DNA of 63,550 nt, filler included, from Welwitschia mirabilis (Eukaryota): NCBI GenBank assembly GCA_051453625.1. It is 5 parts of one record of this genome, joined end to end, with 100 filler letters (N's around TTAATTAATTAA, not from the genome) between each part and the next. Parts side by side here need not be neighbours in the genome. Positions count along the whole stretch, not along the records: positions 49,825 to 55,448 come from JBOZIK010000001.1; positions 55,549 to 63,550 come from JBOZIK010000001.1; 3 more parts are not named here. The stretch is one strand, 5' to 3'. The position numbers and the translations under genes are program-made. The notes under the pieces were generated by a model. That model searched no databases. It was not told where the DNA came from and was given only the letters and a program-made list of their open reading frames with translations. Numbering within the stretch: position 1 is the first letter of the stretch; the number at the start of each line of letters is the position of its first letter. This document shows, piece by piece, positions 55,165 to 63,550 of this stretch.

Positions 55165-55448
55165 AATTGTAAAAGAAAAAGATCAATTGTAAACCAAGAG
55201 CGAAGAAATAATATAATTGCTCAATATTTTATGATCGTCTAATTGTGTTCATGGTTGAAAACGGATTCATGTATGCAAATATAGACCATGAATAATAGGC
55301 CATAAATCCAAACTTTTAACTACAAGTGAAGCAATATTGGGAGAAACCCTTTTTATTCGATATACTAAAGCATTTACAATACCCTCTTATTTATAGGACA
55401 CAGGTCCTCTACAACAAAATGCCTAATCAATGTGGGATTTAAGGAAAT
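55165..55448 (-). mobile_element. Copia-type LTR fragment cut by a gap
   Basis: Minus-strand ATCCCACATT...CCTATAAATA layout, similar to 50797-51212. Confidence 0.45.
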
Positions 55449-57329
55449 NNNNNNNNNNNNNNNNNNNNNNNNNNNNNNNNNNNNNNNNNNNNTTAATTAA
55501 TTAANNNNNNNNNNNNNNNNNNNNNNNNNNNNNNNNNNNNNNNNNNNNAATAGCAAATTATGGGGCTAGTAGCAATTACATACTACAATAAAGAAAGTAA
55601 ATTAATCTACAATTGAACACAATCGAAATAGTCAACAACAAGGCAAAGAATTTTCCCAGAAAATTGTTGTAACTCTACATAACCTTGTCACCTAATAGAG
55701 CTCCCTAAATTTTTGATCTATTGATACTATATATTAACTATGTAGTCTTTCCTTGTTTCATTACAATGAACATGTCTCGATTATCTAAATCAAAGTAGAC
55801 TAATAAGTCTTTACTATCAAATTGTAGATTACTTCTATCACATCAATCAAAAAGGTAATACCAAAGAGATAAGCAAAGGAGCACAAGCAATGTGTGTTCC
55901 GTAGGAAAGTTGACTACACGAAATATAAATAGTAAAATGAGCAAAGTCAAAATCTTGGGAACAAAACTACCACTTGCCAAAGAAGCATGAACCTCCTTGC
56001 TAATGAACAAGTTGTTATCTCATATTTGGAGAAGTGACTTGAAGATTATCAAATATTATTCTACAATTAAAAATTTATTAACAAGAGATAGTTAATTTCT
56101 CACCCAGAAAGATATAAGAACACCTCCTTAGGTTCTTGTACTAGAAAATGAAAGAAAGTCTACTCTACGACTGCCTTCTACCTCCTCACGATCAAAGGAT
56201 AATGTAGTTTCATGCAAGTTTATACCTTTTGGTTAGGCACGTACTACACTATTCTATTCTCTCATGATATGGAAGCTTATCTATACGTTAGTCTCCACCT
56301 AACTACACAATCTCTATAGTGGTGATATTAGAAACACGCTTGGTAAGATATCTAAAGCATTGAATTTTTAGCTTGAATAAGTACAAAAGAATGAAGTAAG
56401 ACTTATAGAGGCTTGCTACCTCACTAATCTATCACATGTGCCTTCACACATACAAATATGAGTAACGTAAAAGGTTATCAGATAACTGGTTCATGCTACA
56501 AGGATCTTTAGAAAAACATTGTATTGACACATCACAAAATCTAATTGAATTTGGAACAAACCTCCAGGAAGGCTAAAGTTAACTGAAGGTTGAACATCGA
56601 CCCATTCATCAGTGATTTAACGAGTCTTGATGGAATGTCTTTAGAGTTGTGTGCCTACATGTCATTGATGGCTACGATTCAGACAGAATTGGGAGAGTTG
56701 GTGATGTGCAAGCTCACCTTGAAAGTGGCCCCAAAAAATGGCAATTACAACCTTGGATGCATTTAAAATATCCACCCTTCTTGACTTCAACCAAACAAAA
56801 AAAAAATGATGTTAGTATCAAACTTAATAAAGGCAAGTGGGAGAAGAACACAATCCTATTCAGAATTGAAGCTTACCAACTCACTAGGTCATTAAGGTTT
56901 CAAGGTTTCTCCTTCTGACAATGACCATGTCGTATGGCTAAAATGAGCTAAACAACTTAAAATTTTTATCGACTCTTCTATGGCTAGGGTAGAAAACCAA
57001 TCTTGAAGAGGATAAAAACCCTTGTCTGGAGCAGGACGTAAAAGAAAGCGAAATTACATAAAAACATAATTTAGACATAATGAAATGATTTAGTATCAAA
57101 TAAACAACTTAATAAGGCTAATGATAATAATAATGATTAATGACAAGTTATTGGTTTGAAGAATCAAGGTTTAAACACAACACAAAGGTTACATATTATA
57201 TCAAAGGATAATATAACAACTTGTTACAAATTAATTAAATAAGTTATTTGTGATATCTTTTCTTTAATGAATTTTCATGAGTTATAGATAGAGCTTAATT
57301 TTAGAACTTTGGTGGTTAGTGTCTTTGAA

Positions 57330-59700
57330 AGACACTTCTTGTTTTACTATTCCCTTGCTTCATCCTCAACACTTTTTCCCCTTTGGTTAGTTCTCTATTG
57401 GATAAATCTGAGGACTTTTCTTTGAACATTATGGCTTTAGTTAACAATTCATTTTTAGTTCTTCAATAAGGAACATTAGAGAATTGAAACTAAAATTTTT
57501 ATTACATCCTAAAACCCTAAAGATTCTACAAAAGAAATGTCCATAGCATGAGCATGAAAGGTGTCATCTATAAAGTTAATGCAGAGTTTGGGTAAACCTT
57601 GAAACAACTCAAACAAATTATGGACTTTGATGTTCCATTTATTTTGTATCTCATATGTTAAGAGTATATTAGAAAAAGACATCATATTCATCTTTAACAG
57701 CATTCAAGTCACAAAGTCAAACATCAGCTCTTCTCCAAGAATTTGAGACCATTTACCTACTTCAATCATAAAATAATAGGATACCATTCTTGCTCTATTA
57801 ATCCCAGCGCGCAAATAAAGGGGAATAGTAGCACTTAAATAAGTTATCTTTGTAGAAATGTCTCTTCTAATATTGTTTAAGTAAAATTGCTTCTTTTCTT
57901 TTCTTTTTTCCCAAATCCATTTTCCTTGATAATTGTTCGAAATTGTTTAAGATCACAATGAAAAATTTGTTCATCGATGATCCATTTTTTAAGCCAAAAA
58001 CTTTTGCTTGATAGAACCAACCTTTTTCTTTAAGTTGTGTGGAACACCCTTTTAGAAACTTTATTTACAATAGAATTTAAGAGATAATGAATATCTGATA
58101 CAAATTGACAAAGAGCTTCCACCTCCAAAGGCATCACGTGTTAAGAAGCAAAATATTCATACTATATTTGGTGTTTTACCATAAAGTCTTCTAATAAGAA
58201 CTATTTTTGGGACTCGTCTATTTTCTTCTAGTGTTTATTAACTAATCTAGAACTCTAAACAACACAGCCATACATAATTACTGGTCGAAGAATGACACAA
58301 AAATTGTCTATGAACATCCCAACACAAAATTGCCTCTTTTTTACATTTGTTTCCCAAGGAAAATAAAACTTTCATACCTCCAATGACCTTTAAGTGATGT
58401 ACTTATCTCATCCATAAGTATTACAGTATTAAAAGCCCAAATATTTTTATGAGGGAATTATTTCAACCTCTTCATTTCCTATTTGTAATTAAAAAAAATC
58501 AGCATAATATGTGCTGGAAACCATAATTTTGGTTCTTTGGATCTTAATCTTCATTCCAAAGTGATGGAAAAATTTTATCCAAAGTATGTAGCATATGTTC
58601 TAAACTCTTGCTTTTTTTAGAAATAAATACAGCATCATCCACAAAGAGCAAGATGTTCACAAAATAATTCCCTATTCATAGAGCATGACTAACAGATATT
58701 TCATCTATCCAAGCCTTTAAATCAGAAATAAAAATTCCAAGAAGTGTAAAAGAGAGAATGGAACTTTATTAAACACCATTAGAAGTATGAATCATCATGC
58801 TTTACTGAGAAACATTGTTTATTGGTTGGATGCATACATCTTTATACAACTTCTAAATTGTAGACAATAAAGCAATTGGAGTTCCAGTAATCTATAATCA
58901 ATGCCTTAGTTTACTCCTGTTGACCAAATCATATGGTTTAGAGAAGAGCTAAAAACAAATAAATATATTTCTATGTAAACCTTTACCTTTTGTCCATAAG
59001 ACACTAAGGTAATAAAATGATCTACTATAAAATAATATTGCCAAAATCCTGCTTGAGAAATTACCCAAAGTTCATCCTCCTTTGCCTCTTTACAAATCTT
59101 TGTTTCAATGATAGTTCCTAGATGTTGTGCAAAACGATTATTGATTACAATCAATCTATAATTATTTGAATCTAATTTTGTTCCATTTCTAAGGAACATA
59201 ACAACCATGTTAATGCACCATTCTTATCTAATTCAAATTTTGACGCATGATTTGAGTTTTCTCCACGTTAGTTTCCAAACAAGAGATTCACACCACTTTC
59301 AACTTCCTTGATGTAAGCCTTCTACAACTGTCACCTTCCCTAAAGCTACTCTTTTGATTCCATCACAAATTGCCTTGAGGGAAAGGGATAATTTGCCATC
59401 AAGATTTAGAAGAAGTTTTGTTTCATTGTTATCCTTAAATAAGTCTTAATAAACATTCTGGATATCTTAAAAATTATGTTTTAAATTTGTCTATTTTGAA
59501 GTAGCTTCCATAATTTGTTTGTTCTTTTTTAAGTAGATGCATCAATTTTGACTATCTTTCTTTCATAAGTTATCTCTTCTTCTTGCAAATCATATTCTTG
59601 TAGGATTTCATATTCTTGAGAAAGATTTATCCCATTCAATTTCCCTCTCACAATCTAACAACCCTTAAGAATCCCAATTCATAATTTGGACATGCTCAGA
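57330..59700 (-). mobile_element. Decayed non-L1 LINE RT (RTE/RTEX-like)
   Basis: Motifs DSNNYRLI, SQAGF..YFIVDHFITL, FTLLGIFISDL, NILLFVDDAV and KYFGL. Boundaries approximate. Confidence 0.75.
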
Positions 59701-59752
59701 ACTAACTCTTGCATTAAAATCTCCATAAATAAATATTTTTCCTAGTTGAGAT

Positions 59753-60199
59753 CAGTAATTTAAAAAGGGAGACGTATAGCCCAATAGACCTCCAAGGTTT
59801 ATGTTTTGTGCAGGGCAACATTTTCCCCCAACTTTTGCAAAAAGTAGGAAAGATGTAGCCATGAGTAAAAGTTGGCAACATGTCACGACTTAAAATATGA
59901 CACATAGTGGACAAAAAATAGAGAATAAAAATAACTGCAAGGGGTCAATTTGAGACATTGACATGATAATTAACTTCCAAATCATTTACGCACCCTAAAT
60001 TCCTTTTTAATTACTAAATATTAGTTCTTTTTAGCTTCGACTATTTACAACTCCTATGAAATTAATAACTCCCCCACTTTTCTAAAACATAACTGCCACC
60101 ATTTTGCATGGACATTTTGTGTCGACATGCCAACAGGTCTCCCCAAGATGACTTTTTCAAGCCACTAACATAAATTAATTGCTGAAATTTACATCATTG
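59753..60199. mobile_element. Decayed TGTCGGC-family hAT-like MITE
   Basis: Ends CAGTAAT...CATCATTG. 8-bp TSD GTTGAGAT/GCTAAGAT. The right part is the reverse complement of 33903-33990 with transitions. Confidence 0.72.
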
Positions 60200-60899
60200 G
60201 CTAAGATACATTAGTAATATCTACACTTAGTTATTGAAATCGATAGCCTCATGAAAGGCCTTCTCTATTGTATGAAATAGCTTCTCCTAGAGCAAAATGA
60301 TAAAAAGCTCAATACCAAGCAACCTTTTAGTGCATGATTTTAAGTCAAATTTTAAGTATTCTAATGTACTTTTCCAATTTAAATTTTACCCAATCTATTG
60401 CAAATTAAAACAATCAAACCTCTAGAAAAAGAAATAACATTAAAACTAGGAAGTGATAAATGTGAAGACTTCATCCTCATTAGTCTCTACAATGCCAAAA
60501 AATATCAAACCTATTAAAGCGATGAATGCTACAAAGACTAAACCTACTACAAAGCTATCAATATTCAAAAACCCACAATGCCAAGGCTAAAGATATTATT
60601 TGTTTTGATCTTTAATAACTGCTATATATTTTGCATTCAAATAAGCAATGTTTCCTTCTCCTCTAGCTTAGTTTACTTTTTCCACTCTTTCTTTGCAAGA
60701 TCCTTTCACTTAAAGAACTTTATTTCTTCCCTTTTTTTCTACTTTTAAGTTGCTTTAATTTTCTCAAATTTTCCTTTCTCCTCTCATGTTTGAACTTTAT
60801 GTGCTAATTAAATTTTTCAAATCCAAGTCCCTTATTTTTCAGAAGCCTCTTTGTGTTGATTATCCATGCGATTTGGCAAAAGTTTTATTTGTATGATGG

Positions 60900-61950
60900 A
60901 ACCCTAAACTCACTAATGTGGTCAAGGAGGAGACTATTCAATTGTTAGAAGCATGATTCATTTATGTAGCGCTCAATAGTAAGTGGGTTAGTCCAATAAC
61001 CATGGCACCCAAGAAAATTGGCTCATGGAGGATGTATACATCCTATCAATACTTGAATACAACCATGTACAAGCACCACTTAGCTACCCTTTATTGGTTA
61101 GGTGCTAGACTCTTCAATGAGAAACAAACATTTCTACTTCCAAGGATGTATAGCTCCAATCATCCCATGTTCTATCACCCATATAGGTCCCTTACCCATT
61201 TAAAAAATTGATTCTATTACATGAAATATCAACATATGATTCATTATGTACTCACCAATAACTTGATTGTCCATGTTTTCGTCATGTGTTTCATCGTCAT
61301 AAAACAATTAAAGGGTGGCCACTTTTATGCTTTTTTAATCATGAATATTTTTATTCCATCAAAATGGCTAAAGGGCAACTACTTTTTACAAAGGTCTAAG
61401 GTGTTGGAATAATCATTTACTAGATAAGTCTTTCTTGTTTTATTGTGGTACAAAAACTGGTTCAGTTTGCTACTCCCAATGGAGATTCAAAAACAATTGA
61501 ATCATAAAGTATTTCCATCTAGGTATATTCTTTTTTAGCCCAACTTTCTTCTTATTTCCCTTTTCTAATTCTAAAGCAATATATTCTGAAGAATACTTAC
61601 GTTATACTTTTGCTTATAAGAGGATGTCATTTGGACTATGTAATGCTCCTTCCACTTTTCACAGGTTTTGTAAGTGTAAACTCCTTTGCTTGGGGGCATA
61701 AAGATAACAAGGGTATCTTTTCTAATTCTAAAGCAATATATTCTGAAGAATACTTACGTTATACTTTTGCTTATAAGAGGATGTCATTTGGACTATGTAA
61801 TGCTCCTTCCACTTTTCACAGGTTTTGTAAGTGTAAACTCCTTTGCTTGGGGGCATAAAGATAACAAGGGTATCTTTTCTAATTCTAAAGCAATATATTC
61901 TGAAGAATACTTACGTTATACTTTTGCTTATAAGAGGATGTCATTTGGAC
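60900..61950 (+). mobile_element. Gypsy RT fragments
   Basis: Motifs VVKEETIQLLEA*FIY..NSKWVSPITMAPKKIGSWRM and TFAYKRMSFGLCNAPSTFHR. Confidence 0.75.
61561..61950. repeat. Identical 157-bp tandem copies (about 2.5) abutting a gap; possible assembly artefact
   Basis: Units start at 61561, 61718 and 61875. No differences seen by eye. Confidence 0.85.
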
Positions 61951-62204
61951 NNNNNNNNNNNNNNNNNNNNNNNNNNNNNNNNNNNNNNNNNNNNNNNNNN
62001 NNNNNNNNNNNNNNNNNNNNNNNNNNNNNNNNNNNNNNNNNNNNNNNNNNNNNNNNNNNNNNNNNNNNNNNNNNNNNNNNNNNNNNNNNNNNNNNNNNNN
62101 NNNNNNNNNNNNNNNNNNNNNNNNNNNNNNNNNNNNNNNNNNNNNNNNNNNNNNNNNNNNNNNNNNNNNNNNNNNNNNNNNNNNNNNNNNNNNNNNNNNN
62201 NNNN

Positions 62205-63550
62205 AAATCCCCTTTTGTATCTTCTATATTTCCCTTATGGTAGCACTTTGTTTGTAAAGTGTATTTCTCTTTTGTATTGTAAAGTGAGAGGGGGCTATTA
62301 ATAAAGTCAATGTACAATTAGGGTTTTTAACCTAAAGTGAGCCTATCTAAGGGGAAGGGTCTTGAGGGAAGAGCAAAACATCCAGAACACTTTGGCTATT
62401 AAGGACAGCCTGTGTCTTTGGACTACTTTTGTTGAAATATTAAGAGATCTCTGCATTGCTTCCGTGGTTTTTCCCCACATCGGGGTTTTCCACGTGAATT
62501 CCTGTGTGTTGTTTTGCTTCCTGTTTTTGTTGTTCTTCACTGCTATTCTTAATAACTGGTATCAAAGCTTAGTTAGGGTTTACCTCAGGCTGTCGCAACG
62601 AAGGTTGGAAACTTGTAGGAATTGTTGGGGCTAACGGAACAAGCAAGNNNNNNNNNNNNNNNNNNNNNNNNNNNNNNNNNNNNNNNNNNNNNNNNNNNNN
62701 NNNNNNNNNNNNNNNNNNNNNNNNNNNNNNNNNNNNNNNNNNNNNNNNNNNNNNNNNNNNNNNNNNNNNNNNNNNNNNNNNNNNNNNNNNNNNNNNNNNN
62801 NNNNNNNNNNNNNNNNNNNNNNNNNNNNNNNNNNNNNNNNNNNNNNNNNNNNNNNNNNNNNNNNNNNNNNNNNNNNNNNNNNNNNNNNNNNNNNNNNNNN
62901 NNNNNNNNNNNNNNNNNNNNNNNNNNNNNNNNNNNNNNNNNNNNNNNNNNNNNNNNNNNNNNNNNNNNNNNNNNNNNNTAAACAGGATATGAATCCTCAC
63001 GATCTCTAGCAAACCCTCAAGGAGAGGTTTGATAAAGCATCTGGTTTGAACACATTTCACATCTATCAGAGGTTGTTCAAGGCGAGGAAGCCATCAGAAG
63101 TTTCATTACAAGATCATCTGGAAGAGATGATGTGTAATCTAGTAAAGCGGGAAGAGTGTAACATTAAAATTCCAGATTTTGTTAAGTCATATGCCTTATT
63201 GGATTCTCTTCCAAAGTTTGTTCTGCAGTAGTGACATCCATCACTACATATATGAATATTACCATGATGACTTTTGAGCAGGTTGTGTCTACGCTTCAAG
63301 ATTCTAAGGGTAGACTCAAGGAAACGCAATCTTCGAAAGGTGCATTTGTAGCTGAAAATAGAGGTAGGAATAAGAAACATGACCAAAGCAGAGGAGTTTC
63401 TTATGGCCGAAGCGTCGAATGTTGGTTCTCTAAGAAAAAGGGACATGTGAAGAAAGATAGCTACGCTTGGAAGGCAAAGCAGAAAGAGGCATAAACAAGG
63501 CCATTTGGAAGAGTCTTCCTCACAGGTCCATCAAGCAGATGACAGAGTTA
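62205..63550 (+). mobile_element. 5' end of a Ty1/copia element: LTR to 62554, PBS 62557-62568, gag relic
   Basis: PBS TGGTATCAAAGC. Gag motif ALLDSLPK and a decayed zinc knuckle ECWFSKKKGHVKKDS. Confidence 0.8.

Noticed and set aside
55585-55625. Possible upstream RCE1 exon ending ...FFIV|GTATGT
   Set aside because: It ends in phase 0 whereas phase 1 is needed, and there is no upstream AHxxH motif.
61686-63060. Long ORFs of 119-185 aa in the ORF track
   Set aside because: They are produced by N runs and the 157-bp duplication.
1-63550. A previously undescribed multi-gene system
   Set aside because: All recognisable protein motifs map to known TE domains or to RCE1. No intact long ORF or RNA gene was seen.

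Overview
Plant nuclear DNA from a gapped draft assembly, made up almost entirely of nested, mostly decayed transposable elements. These include Sirevirus-like and other Ty1/copia elements, Athila-like Ty3/gypsy elements, two LINEs, a spliced hAT transposase relic and several hAT-type MITEs. The main signal missed by the ORF track is a host gene. Two small minus-strand exons, 54774-54836 and 28526-28609, have canonical AG/GT ends and matching phase. They splice in frame to [40 protein letters not shown], the C-terminal catalytic region of CAAX prenyl protease 2 (RCE1/FACE2). They are separated by a nominal 26.2-kb TE-filled intron, and the other exons are not visible. I found no evidence for a new biological system. 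The points of interest are the giant-intron gene, the orientation and truncation pattern of its intronic TEs, the nesting order, methylation-type decay of primer-binding sites and repeats, and assembly artefacts. All alignments were done by eye, so TE boundaries without a TSD or terminal motif are approximate.
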